Origin: Octopus vulgaris
Lineage: Eukaryota
Reading direction: 5' to 3'
Assembly: GCA_951406725.2 (NCBI GenBank)
Contig: OX597818.1
Span: forward strand, 113,398,001-113,462,000
Length of the DNA: 64,000 bases
Part shown: positions 24,352-37,045 of the stretch, piece after piece
How positions within the stretch are numbered: position 1 is the first letter of the stretch
Layout: every line of letters begins with the position of its first letter
Translations under genes and position numbers: made by a program
The notes under the pieces: generated by a model
Databases searched by the model: none
Told to the model about the DNA's origin: nothing
The model's input: the letters and a program-made list of their open reading frames with translations, nothing else

Positions 24352-24645
24352 GTATGTATATATGGGCATGTATGAGTGTGCCTATGTGTGTGCCTGTGTC
24401 TCGGTGCGTGCGCTTGTATTGTGTATAGAGTTAGTTTCCACGTTTCACAGTTTAATTTTATGTAACTTTATATAGAATCTCTCTCGACTTATCTTCACTA
24501 AATTCTATCATAACTAAACTTAATTATCTAGACTGTATATCCCATGATGCTTTATGTAATCGTGCATATACACAAGCATCACACATATATGAACATACAC
24601 ACACGCGTATATATATTTGAATGTATATGTATATATATAATATAA

Positions 24646-24705
<60 letters not shown>

Positions 24706-25899
24706 GTATGTATGTATGCATGCATGCATCAGCCATATCTAGACTGGGAGAAAGAATTGGTATATAACCGTTCTTCTATAAAGAAATACATACAAACGTA
24801 TATGCCAACTTAAGCACTCCTACGTATAGGTTTGTAGTGTTTGTGTATGTATTTGCGAGCATATTCTACGTGTGTGTGTGTTTGTATGCAAGATGGTGAG
24901 TGCGTATGCTTAAATGCATAAGGAGACATCAACGTTTGGACAGCGAAATCCTTCTTTAGCGCATCCATTCGAAACATTCGGAAATAGTTTTACTCGAAAT
25001 AAAAACACAAGTTACGTTACTGACATTGCTGTCCTTACTACTGCATTTCCAATAAGATAAATTACTTCTAGCAAAGATGGCTTTGATCTGTCTATTCCTG
25101 TACTTCCATTACATAATTTTACTAATGCTACATCCTCTAATGCCAAAAGCAATCACATTTCAAACCACGACATATCGGTTACCAGTAATGGATTACATTC
25201 ACTCGCTGCTATTAATAGTAGACTAGTTTATATGTGGGGGTTTTGCTATATATTTCTTTTTATGTCTACTTTTATATAGGAAATGTTTGCGCAAGTGTAC
25301 GTTGGCTCAACATTTTTAATATAGTCGAACATTTCATGCAGTCAAAAAGAGATCAGTTTGTGATCCAAGAGGGTTGATAACCTCAGCCACTCAATTCATT
25401 TCCAGCCTAGCTGGACCCGTGGTATTGTCATTGTTGTTGACAGCTAAGACTTTAACATTTCTTCAAATCGTTCTCTCGTCTTTTGTTAAAACATTAATTG
25501 CATTTTCTTTCATTCAAGTTTCTTCGACGCAACTCTTCTCGTTCTATTTCCAGCGTTTTCTATTTCTACTCTTATCTTGTCCGTTCTCTCTGTGGCCTCA
25601 TTCTTTCACTTGTTACCTCATTTCGTTTCTTGCCATTCGTATTCTTTAAAATCAAGAAATATGAAAGATTTAGGCATTGTTGTGTAGTAAAAGAAACTAT
25701 TCCGTTCTTTGCCCTCTTACCGGTATCAAAATCTTAATTACTATTCGCATTAAGAAACATCATCTCTATCATACCATCACTTTAACAACGAACTTAATAT
25801 ATTTTTCAGTAATTCACACATCAGGGTACCTGCGTGTGATCGTACGTCTACGTAGGGAATTTCATTCTCCTCTCTCTGACAGTTTCATTTCCCTTTACT

Positions 25900-25933
<34 letters not shown>

Positions 25934-26436
25934 GCTCTCTCCCTCTCTCCCTTCACTCAGAGTATCACTACTTCTTTTGCTACTCTTATGAGTATTTATG
26001 TTTGGATTTAGCAACGTATATACACATGAATGGGTACTTTTGGTTATCTCACCCTCATTAATCGGATTATCTCCCCGCGTTTTATGAAAAAAATTCGGTA
26101 CATTTGGTTATGTCCCCCACCTAAAAAACTTGTTTAACCCTCAATAAAACAAAATATAAAGGAAAAAATCAATAAGCATGAAAGCTGAAAAAATTAATCA
26201 TCTTATCGAATCTAATTTTTATAACAAATCATACCATTCCTATTGAGGGGGCCAAACGTCAACAATGTGTTGAAGTATTGAATCAAAAGGATTTGATACT
26301 TTTAATCCAATCTGTTGTCGCTACAAATTCACCATTATCAGAGAGAGGGAGAGAGAGAGAAAGAAAAACAGAGAAGCAGAGTCAGAGACAAAAAGAGTAC
26401 AGGTATACATAATATGCATATCTATCTATCTATCTA

Positions 26437-26469
<33 letters not shown>

Positions 26470-26471
<2 letters not shown>

Positions 26472-26764
26472 CATTAGAGAGTATTACTAACCCAAGGGTC
26501 AGAGGAACTGCCCATCTCAACAATGTGCGCCATGACCGTTTTTAATGCGGCGGAAAATTAAAAAAGGTGATCGAAACCACATGTGAATCGTTGGCGATTT
26601 TCTTCCTCCGTCTTCCCTTCTATCGGATTTCCTCTGTTTCCGAAGAAGAACGTCTACTCGAAACGTTAAATCATGTTTCTTTCTTTCCATGAGCGTCAGC
26701 TAATACTTTACATGTAGCAAGTCCTTGCGCTGGGTTTTTTTTTGCGCTTGTTCTTTTTGGAATT

Positions 26765-26768
<4 letters not shown>
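26470..26768 (+). mobile_element. Penelope pLTR-like fragment between (TA)n tracts, with a degenerate hammerhead at 26637-26670
   Basis: ttt-CCGAAGA-a-ga..tc-GAAA-cg-TT-aaa; T-rich 3' end running into (TA)n. Boundaries approximate. Confidence 0.55.
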
Positions 26769-26794
<26 letters not shown>

Positions 26795-26799
<5 letters not shown>

Positions 26800-26888
26800 T
26801 TGAGTTGTGGGGTATCGCACGAGTGGGATTATATAAGAAAAAAGGTTTGAAAATGCAATCGTTTAAATTGCATTTTCAAACCTTTTTT

Positions 26889-26896
<8 letters not shown>
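26795..26896. repeat. Perfect 30-bp-arm palindrome (26830-26859 / 26867-26896, 7-nt loop) with a ~34-nt one-sided extension, inside (TA)n
   Basis: tatataagaaaaaaggtttgaaaatgcaat-cgtttaa-attgcattttcaaaccttttttcttatata. Confidence 0.9.
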
Positions 26897-26931
<35 letters not shown>

Positions 26932-27699
26932 AATATATATATTACAAACTTAAAAAGGTGATCCAAGTGAATGATAATAATTATATATATATATAATCAT
27001 CTTAATGAATGTAATTTATATATATATATATATACCTACTAAATAAGTAACTCGCTTTGTAATAATGAGTGCACCTAACATTGCGTGTCCGTATGCTCAC
27101 ATTTTTGCTAATGCTAATGCTTGTATGAGCGTGTGTACTCGTGCCATGCAGCTTGCCCGAGGGCGTTTATACATCCATATCTGTTAACGGTTATCTTCAA
27201 TATTTTTCTCGCTTGATTAAGTGTTCGTTTCTCTTTTTGCCTTCTGCAATTTTATCTTTGGATCTTCTATATATATGAAGAACGAGCAAAACGCCCCCGT
27301 CCAATGAACGGTGCTGAGTTTTCAAACATTTAAACCAAATTTTCTCAAAACAAGTTTTCCGACCGTCCCATAGGCCTCCCCTTTGAGAAACACTGATTTA
27401 ACCTTAAATTTTAGACACCAGCAAAAGAAGAACTAAAGATAGACTTTTTTTTCTATTCCAAAGAAAAACGATTTTATTCACACGAATATGCAACCGAAGA
27501 GTTTAAAGTACCAGTAATGATAAGGCTGTTGACTGGGAAAACACAAACATGGTTTACACAGTAAGCTTGGTAGGAAAGAAACGTGCCTTTGAGCAGTACA
27601 AAAACAACAAAAAATGGAAGGTGCAGTTATGTACAGGTTGACCGAAGAAAAGCAGGACAAAAAGGGCTTTATTGGTCGCATTCTCATCTGGAATCGATT

Positions 27700-27842
27700 T
27701 TTAAAATTTTTTTTAAGACTTATACACGCCCTGATACCGTCGGTATCTACTTATCAAATTTGAGCGCAATCGGATGGAGGATGCCCGAGATCCTAGAAGA
27801 AGCACACACACAGACAGACAGAACGGATTTCATATAAGAGAT
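27700..27842. mobile_element. Possible non-autonomous Helitron-like terminus
   Basis: caaatttgagcgcaatcggatg...(acag)n...ttcatataagagat resembles ends of non-autonomous Helitron-like repeats (from recall). Confidence 0.35.
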
Positions 27843-29640
27843 TTTTCTCCGTCTGGCTGTTTTTTCTCTCTCTACAAAACAGAAAGTTGCATTGTGGAAC
27901 AGTCATCTTGAGTTTTTTTTTAATTATTTATCACCGACAAGATACGTCTACACCACTGGATACTCCTGAATCAGTTGTTGAGTTTCCCACAAGAGTACTC
28001 GATGCTAGATATGTTGAAACAATTGTTGTGATTAATAATATATTCTCGTATATTCCATCTTCTGTCTTTCATTTGTTATATACATAAATATATATATATA
28101 CAACGGGCTTCTTTCAGTTTCCGTCTACCAGATCCATTCACAAGGCTTTGGTAGGTCCGAGGCTATGGTAGAAGACGCACTCACCCAAGGTGCTACGCAG
28201 TGGGATGAACCCGGAAACATGTGGTTGGGAAGTAAGCTTCTTACCACACAGCCACTCTTGCACCTATATATGTGTGTGTGTGTAATGTATATAATGCATA
28301 TACATATATATATGTGTGTTTGTCTATGTGTGTAATGTATATAATGTATGTGTGTGTGCGTGTGTGTATGTTTGCGTGTGTCTGTGTGTCTGCTTATGCA
28401 CATACGCAAGACGCTAAATCGAAACCAGAAGTGAGTCCTGTCACCAATAAATATTGTGCTGTATAATTTTGTCAACAAGAACGACTACTACTGCTACTAC
28501 TACTACTACTACTAATACTACTACTACTGTTACCAGCATCACTTAGGGATCTGTTGCACATACTTCAATCCACAGATGAAACTTATCACGATACTTGAAG
28601 CCAACAAATTCCTCATCAATGCATCTATTCTTCCACTGCAAACAGCGGCGAGATACATCGACTTCTTTGAATGATGAGCTTTACCATTTTGTGGTGCCTA
28701 CTAACAGGAAAAATTGAATTACTCGTATCAAATTTATAAGTTGTGTCATGGCAACAGAAATGTTTGAAACCATGTAAATTTAATAGCGAATTTCATATCA
28801 GCATTGAAAGCATCGGTTTTTCAATGTTGTAATATAATGTTGTATGAAAATTATTTTGGGAAATAAATTTCTGAATGAATAGGGGATTTTTATTAATTGT
28901 GTATTAGAAAAATGTGGTGAAATGGTAGGATTAGAATTCCTTGTGACATTTCTCCGATTATTTGTACTTCTGTTTCGAATCCAAAGAGACTAACAATACA
29001 TTTATTATTTCAGAGCTGATGAAATAAAATTTAATCAAATACAAAAACACCGACCATTCCTCCCCAACAAATTCTTAATTTTGATTTAATGTAGGAAATC
29101 CAAGAGTGGCGAACTGGAAGAATCATTAGGACATGGAACAAAATGTCTGATAGTAATTGGAAACGGTTCTTTAGATATATGTAAATTTATACACATAGAC
29201 ACACTCACACAAGGAGACAGCGGTATACACACAAACACATGAATATGCAGAATACACACATACATACATAAATACATACATACATATGTAGGTGCGTACA
29301 AATACATAATATAAATACATACACACGTGCATACAAAAGCAAACATGAACACTGACGCACAGACACATGAGCACAAACAGACATCCATCGCAGCTCCAAT
29401 AACGGACAGAGTCATCTATTGACAAAGTTGCAAAACCAACGAAAATTTTATTATAATCCGTTTTGGTTAATTAACTAATTATTGATCTTTTACAATTATG
29501 TCATTACTTCCAAATTAGCGCTTTCTACTATATTGTATACGTACTCATGTATGTATGTATGTATGTATGTATATGTATGTATGTATGTATGTATATATGT
29601 AGGTATGTATGTACGTATGTACGTATGTATGTATGTATGT

Positions 29641-29683
<43 letters not shown>

Positions 29684-30129
29684 AAAAATTCTAAAAGAAG
29701 CGTTGCAATGTTACAGGTATCCCTTTCTAATTTTGATGATAATGGCGTATAACAAGACGACTTTCATCTGAATAAAAGTATGATAAAACCGGTATAATAC
29801 GAAATGTGGCTATTTTTTATTTTAAGTTACTTTATTTGAGATGACCTTCGCAACACTAACTAGAGCATTAACAGATTTCTTTCCCGTAATGTAAAAGTTG
29901 AGGGAGGTTAACCACATCCGATTTCACCCACTTTCTTCTGTACGTGTCAGTACTACATGAGATAAATAATGCTTTTAACAGAACTTCCTTATTGAGCTTA
30001 AAATCGTTTCCTGTCTGTCTATATTTTATATGAGTGTGTGTACTTCAATGTGAGAGAAACTACTTGTACAAATGTACCAATTTTCGGACACATATATATA
30101 TATATATATATATCTCCGAAAATTGGTAC

Positions 30130-30173
<44 letters not shown>

Positions 30174-33100
30174 GTGTGGTTCTTTAAATTTAGCATATAA
30201 AATATCACTATTATCAATATCTTTATTTTATGATAGAGATATCTCCAAATACACACGCAGAACTTCCCACAGTAACAGATACATATATGCAAGCATGCAT
30301 GTATGTATGCATATATCTAGGTGTGTATGTAGCTATGTTCTTTCACACATAAAGTACAAAACTTTGTATCTATGTATAATGTATATGTGTATGTGATCAT
30401 GTATATGCGTATGTGTTTGCGGATGTGTGTGCGATAAATCGAATATGTACGCACCAATCGTCGTAGGTGTGTTTTAGTTCTCAGAGATGAACAATCATTT
30501 TATAATCACGTATATTCGGTCATTTTCTGTGAGATTTAAACTTTTATGCATTTCATCTCATAACATCAATTTTTCTTAAAAGCATTGTCAGCCAGCATGT
30601 ATTTCCTTGTCAAAATGAAATATATCTTTTCTCTTTTCGGGAACCCCATTATTCTTCAATTATTATATTTGGCATGATAAAATCTTTCAACAGATTACTA
30701 TCGTCCTTGCTAAACTTTTCCGGTGCCTATCTTCACATTATATAAGTTTATTATGAATGTGCATTCGTAACAAAGACTTGCTATTGAAAAAACTGATTTT
30801 TCATTCTTTACTTTCAGACCAGACTTTCGGTATGGCCGTGTATTCGTCCTGGCAGCATTGTAGTTTACTGTCGTAAAGAGTGGCATTAAATCCATTGCAT
30901 AAATGAGGTTTCCTCTTAATTCTACGGCAAATATTTCTTTACTTGTTCACAAATTAGTAGTCGTAAGATATGAATATTTTACGTTGTGTGTTTAAACATT
31001 ATTTTGCATTTCACCAAGAAATGTGAAAATATTCAAATAAAAATTTCTAAAATGGATTTGCATTAGCATTACAATGCAAAGTAATTACAAACTGTTGGAA
31101 AGTTTTTAAAGATGTCCTTACTATACTTGAGAAAATACTGAAAACGCTAACCAAGTAGTTGCAGGATACTAACAAAATTTATTCTGAATTAATATTTCAA
31201 ATATAAATTTTAATGATGTTAATACTTAGAGGAAAATTGTCTGGTAACTAACCGGGTACTAACTTTCAAAGTCAGGAATATTTAACAGTGAACTAACATT
31301 CTCACTAAATTGGTGCAGTTGGTAAGAATTTTGGCATTTATTTATAAATAATAACAATATGAATCAAAGGCATTTCCTATGAATATATCACCGACAATTC
31401 GTGTGCATGTATGACATCACATATTCATAGAGCTTGCAGATGGTAATTGCCGTTTAACTCACTCATGGAAATTAATACAACTTTAGAAATTTGGTTCACA
31501 GTGAGAGAATTATAAGAGCTCAATAACAACGGCAAGATGAAAATGGAAGACAGTAATTTAAAGCGGATGTAAACTATGGCGGTATCTGCCATTCTCGTCT
31601 TTCATAACTGTTCGAATGCTTGTGAATCGGCAGACATGTTAAGAAACGATCAATAAGGAATGTGTGCATCGACCATTTAAAAGGAACTATATGCTATTTG
31701 GTAATTCTGCAATATATAAAAATAAGATCTACAATTAGCAAGTTAAAAGGACGCTGGAGCGTGACCGGAAATCAACTTGTGTGATAAGCAGCGCAAGAAT
31801 AAATTGTTGCTTGAACATAACTTACGTTACATGTCGCCTTTGAAATTTAACTAGCATTTTCGTACTTGGCATTTTCAAAGAATCCCTTCCTTACCTTGGT
31901 GAAACGATTTTGGTTAATAAATAGAGCCCGGTCATATATAGCTGCCAATGATAGAAGTAAAGTAAAAGTATAACTGGCAAGAATATCTCTTTGAAGATCA
32001 CAGTAAAAAAAAAACATTTGCCTCTACAATTTTATAATCAAATAATATGTACTGCAAGAGAAAAAAAAGTATATAGTGGAACCGAGAAAAAGCCATTCGT
32101 GCGCTTGATCCAGAAAGCTACAAAGAGAAAGTGAATTGTCAGTGCGTGATCACACTGAAGATTTTGTACAGCAACTGTCCTTCAAATAAATGCATAAATA
32201 TATTGACGGTAAAGGTTATAAATGCGCATGCTCGAAATTGTTTTTATAATTTCAAAGTTCGTTTAGTGTAGCAGTAGGTAAGTATATTTGCGTATTATTT
32301 AGTGAAGTGTGTGTGATTGAATGCTAAATAACGGTCATTTAAAAAGAGGTGTATGTATATGTTGAACACTTATTTTGGATCCGTTTGCTATGGATAAATA
32401 TTCATTCAATACTATTAGAATGTCTTCACACACACACACACGATCGCATACATACACACTGTTAAACGCATATATATTACCTACTCAACCAAAATGAAAT
32501 AGTCGATTTTATCAGTCAAAGTATATGACTAATGTCTTTTTCTCTTAAAAGACGTGTAGAAGGGAAGAAAATAGTGCTGTTACATTAGGCTCTGATGCAT
32601 ATACTCACGTGTAATCCTATACACACTCTGAAACATTCGCAGGCAAATGCGTGTAGAAATAAACACGCGTAGAAATATACAAACACGCACGCACGCACAC
32701 ACTCGTTCAAATATAAGTGTGCATATGTCTGTGTGCGTTTGTGTGTATAGTGTGTGTATGCGTAAATGGGGAACAGCTTTCCTCTCTCAATTTATTATAT
32801 TAAAGGCATAATTATGTTCAAGTTTGATGTAATTTTTATGAAGACGTTTCCCATATTTCCTCATTAGTGCTTTGTGTTTAATGGAGGACAATAGAATTCC
32901 TGAATCCATTTCCCTATTGACGTTTCAAGATCTACACGGATTCATCATCGGCATGAAACGATTATTGGTTTGTAGTTTGTTATTGATAGAGTTTCTTTAA
33001 TAATTTCTTTTGTGTGGAATTCAATATAAAATTCCTTGCACAGTTAACCAATCATTTGCCATCAATTTCGCGTCGTATTATTATACGTTTTGACGACCCT

Positions 33101-33392
33101 TGTTAAATGTATGTTCACTCTACCTGAAAAATCGTGCTGCGTGTCCACTGAAAAAGTTTGTGTCATAAAGTTTAAAACTTTTCCCTTTACAGGATTAGCG
33201 AATCACCGACAACTGATCGAAGATGTGATGCGCTGTTACATTGTGGCTATTGTGTGTCTGTTAGACTGATTGTCTGGAGTTGGTTGTGTGATTTGCTAGT
33301 TTACAGTGTCATGTTAAGCCAAAATGGTGACCTACTCAGCAACTAATCTATTTAAATACACATAACAATTGATTCATATTGTTATACGTTGA

Positions 33393-33560
33393 ATGCGGCC
33401 ATGCTGGGGCACCGCCTTTAGTCGAACAAACCGAGCCAAGGATTTATTGTTTGTAAGCCTAGTACTTATTCTATCGGTCTCTTTTTGCAGAAATGCTAAG
33501 TTACGGGGACGTAAACACACCAGCATCGGTTGTCAAGCTATTGCAGAGGGACAAACAGAC
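33393..33560 (-). mobile_element. 3' portion of SINE family B; fragments also at ~920-960, 19130-19290, 34785-34840, 42605-42665, 43985-44070
   Basis: Shared taaaggcggtgctccagcatggccgcag motif, also present at the end of the 16597 copy. Confidence 0.65.
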
Positions 33561-33613
33561 ACACAAATACACACAAACATACATATATGTGTATTTATAT
33601 ATAGATATTCAAG

Positions 33614-33664
<51 letters not shown>

Positions 33665-33729
33665 ATGAATATATATACATATGTATATACATATATATGT
33701 GTATGTATATATGTATGTATGTATGTATG

Positions 33730-33802
<73 letters not shown>

Positions 33803-33841
33803 ATATACATTTTTATTGTCCTTGTTTTAATGTCCGTTGTC

Positions 33842-33882
33842 TGGAGATATTTCATCACACATTCTGTAACCTCTTCAGCGAC
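33842..33882 (-). ncRNA. Degenerate hammerhead-like motif
   Basis: CTGAAGA-g-gttaca-gaatg-tgtgat-GAAA-ta-TC; stem II pairs with G-U wobbles, stem I is poor. Confidence 0.4.
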
Positions 33883-34518
33883 TCTCAATACCACGTGTCT
33901 CTTCCCGTTCCGAGATAGAGAGTTGTTGTTGAAGATTTCCAGACAGAGAATATAGAGCACTCGCGTACATGCATAGAAATTTGAAAAAGTAAACGAATAT
34001 AGGAGATAATCAATAAATTCGCATTCATATAGCACAAGCACCGCTGTAACGTCATTCATCATGAAATATATTTTTATACCACTATTGGATGTATTCAATG
34101 CAGTGATAGAGTGCTTGTTGCTTTCCTTTCTCACAGAAGTAGGAATGTAATAGTGAATGTGTGTGCACAATATGTGCATCTGTTTATATTATATACACAC
34201 AGAGAAGAAGGCAAACAAAAAGAGGGAGAGAAAGAGACAGAGACAGAGATATATATATATATATAGATAGATAGATATATTGATAGATATATATTTACAT
34301 ATGTATGTGCGTGTGTGTGGGTGTGTATGTATATATACACACAGACACACGTGTTTTTCTGTCTATCTGTATGTATGTATGTATTTATGTTAGTATGTAT
34401 GTATTACACATACACGTGTGAGTGCGTGTATGGTGTGTGCTATAAATCTAAATACATGCATGGGTGTTCGTATGTGTGTGGATATTTGTGAGTAATAATT
34501 CTTTTTTTGTATAGTAGT

Positions 34519-34596
<78 letters not shown>

Positions 34597-34731
34597 TAAT
34601 AATAGTAATACTGTATTTGTGAATATATTTTCACATGCTTGTAGATAATACATACGTACTTATGTATATATATATATATATTATGTACATATATATATAT
34701 ATATATTATATATACGCCCCTATATTATAGA

Positions 34732-34788
<57 letters not shown>

Positions 34789-35056
34789 AATCGACCCCGG
34801 CATTTATTCTTTGTAAGCCTAGTACTTATTCTATCGTTCACATATAAATATGTGTGTATTACTAACATACACACATATTTATATGTATATACATGACCGG
34901 CTCCTTTCAGTTTCCGTCTACCAAATCCACTCACAAGGCTTTAGTCGGCTCGAGGCTATAGTAGAAGACACGTTTACCAAGGTGCCACGCAGAGGGACTG
35001 AACGAGGAACCATTTGGTTGGTAAGCAAGCTACTTACGACACACCCACTCCTGCGA

Positions 35057-35115
<59 letters not shown>

Positions 35116-35153
35116 CATATACGGACATGTATACATATACACACATATATATA

Positions 35154-35382
35154 GGCGGCGAGGTGGCAGAAACGTTAGCACGCTGGGCGAAATGCGTAAC
35201 CGTATTTCGTCTGCCGTTACGTTCTGGGTTCAAATTCCGCCGAGGTCAACTTTGCCTTTCATCCTTTCGGGGTCGATTAAATAAGTACCAGTTACACATG
35301 GGGTCGATATAATCGACTTAATCCGTATGTCTGTCCTTGTTTGTCCCCTCTATGTTTAGCCCCATGTGGGTAGTAAAGAAAT
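35154..35382 (+). mobile_element. SINE family A, monomer
   Basis: Same head and core as the other copies. Confidence 0.85.
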
Positions 35383-35505
35383 ATATATATATATATACAC
35401 ACATATACATATACATATACACACACACATATATATATATAAATATATATACATACATATACACATATATATATATACATACACACACACACACATATAT
35501 ATATA

Positions 35506-35548
<43 letters not shown>

Positions 35549-36427
35549 GTATACATATATATATGTATATATGCATGTATGTATATGTTTGTGTACCTGT
35601 TTATATTTATATACGTTTGTTTGTATGTATATATTTTACATATGTCTGTGAGAGTGTGTGCATATATATGTGTGTGTGTGAGTGTGTCCTTGTGCATATA
35701 GTCAGTGATATCATTATCCATATGCTGATACATATAATCGCATAAAGATACACCTGCGCATAGGAACGAGCCTAGCTGAATTATTATTGTCGGTGTCTGT
35801 GTATACATAACTACACACATGGGTGTATATACGTCCGTTTGTTTATTTGCTTGTTTGTTTGTTGTCGTTTTTTTTTTTGTTGGTCTGTGTGTGGCAGTTT
35901 CAAAAAAAAAATCAGACGGTGTTAGTGGTGTGTGTGTGTAATAAATATGTTTGTTCAATATTTTTTATTTTATGAAACACATTAAATATTAAAATCCTCA
36001 TCGGAAACAGCCGAAGTATTAAGAAAAATAGTACTCGTTTGATTTCAATTAAAATTTCAAATATATCTTAACAAAATTATTGAAACAATAAATCAGTATT
36101 CTTTATTTTTTATTCAAGCTGTTTATTTTTTTATGATTATGGTTTTTAATTAAATTTCAGTGTGAATTTCCATCGCTGTATTAACACTTTCCATTGTGTA
36201 GCCTTTGAATTTCTATACCATGACCTGCACAGTATATCTTTCTGTAGGAAAACCTATAATATAACACGAACAACACATATGTTGCACAATCGTCACCTGA
36301 TAGTAAAACACAATATCTTTCTGTAGGAAAACCTATTCTGTACGATCTCCATCCAATAATATAACAACACACATACAACAAATATTCTTCACAATCACTT
36401 TGCATTATGATAGTACGATTGAAGGCT

Positions 36428-37045
36428 TTGAGCTGGCAGAATCGTTAGCACGCCGGGCGTAAAGCTTAACGGCATTTCGTCTGTCGCTACGTTCTGAGTT
36501 CAAATTCCGCCGAGGTCGACTTTGCCTTTCATCCTTTCGGGGTGATAAATTAAGTACCAGTTACGCACTGGGGTCGATGTAATCGATTTAATCCGTTTGT
36601 CTGTCCTTGTTTTGTTCCCTCTATGTTTAGCCACTTGTGGGTAGTAAAGAAATAGGTATTTCGTCTGCCGTTACATTCTGAGTTCAAATTCAGCCGATGT
36701 TGACTTTGCTTTCATTCTTTCAGGGTCGATAAATTAAGTACCAGTTGTGTACCGGGGTCGATCTAATCGACTGGCCCCCTCCCGCCAAATTTCAGGCCTT
36801 GTGCCTATAACAAAAATGATTATTATAATACGACTGTAAGGCAGGAAGCTGGTAGCATCGTTATCACACCTGGTAAAATGCTTAGCGGCATTTCGTCCGT
36901 CTTTACGTTCTGAGTTCAAATTCCGCCGAGGTCAGCTTTGCCTTTCACTTTCGGGGTTGATAAAAGAAGTGCCAGTCGGACACTGGGTTCGTTGTGAACG
37001 ACTTAACCTACCTCCTCCGATATTGCTGGTCCTGTGCCAACATTT
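36428..37045 (+). mobile_element. SINE family A: two-unit copy (36428-36810) plus an adjacent monomer (36840-37045)
   Basis: Core repeated at 184-nt period, followed by a second head. Confidence 0.85.

Noticed and set aside
28545-28700. Candidate minus-strand exon (FKEVDVSRRCLQWKNRCIDEEFVGFKYRDKFHLWIE followed by GTATGT)
   Set aside because: No good acceptor and no recognised homology; needs RNA-seq or BLASTX.
32250-33350. Splice-like signals (GTAAGT at ~32278, polypyrimidine-CAG at ~33192) and a weak hairpin at ~33260-33310
   Set aside because: Expected by chance; the hairpin is mostly G-U pairs and matches no miRNA I recognise.
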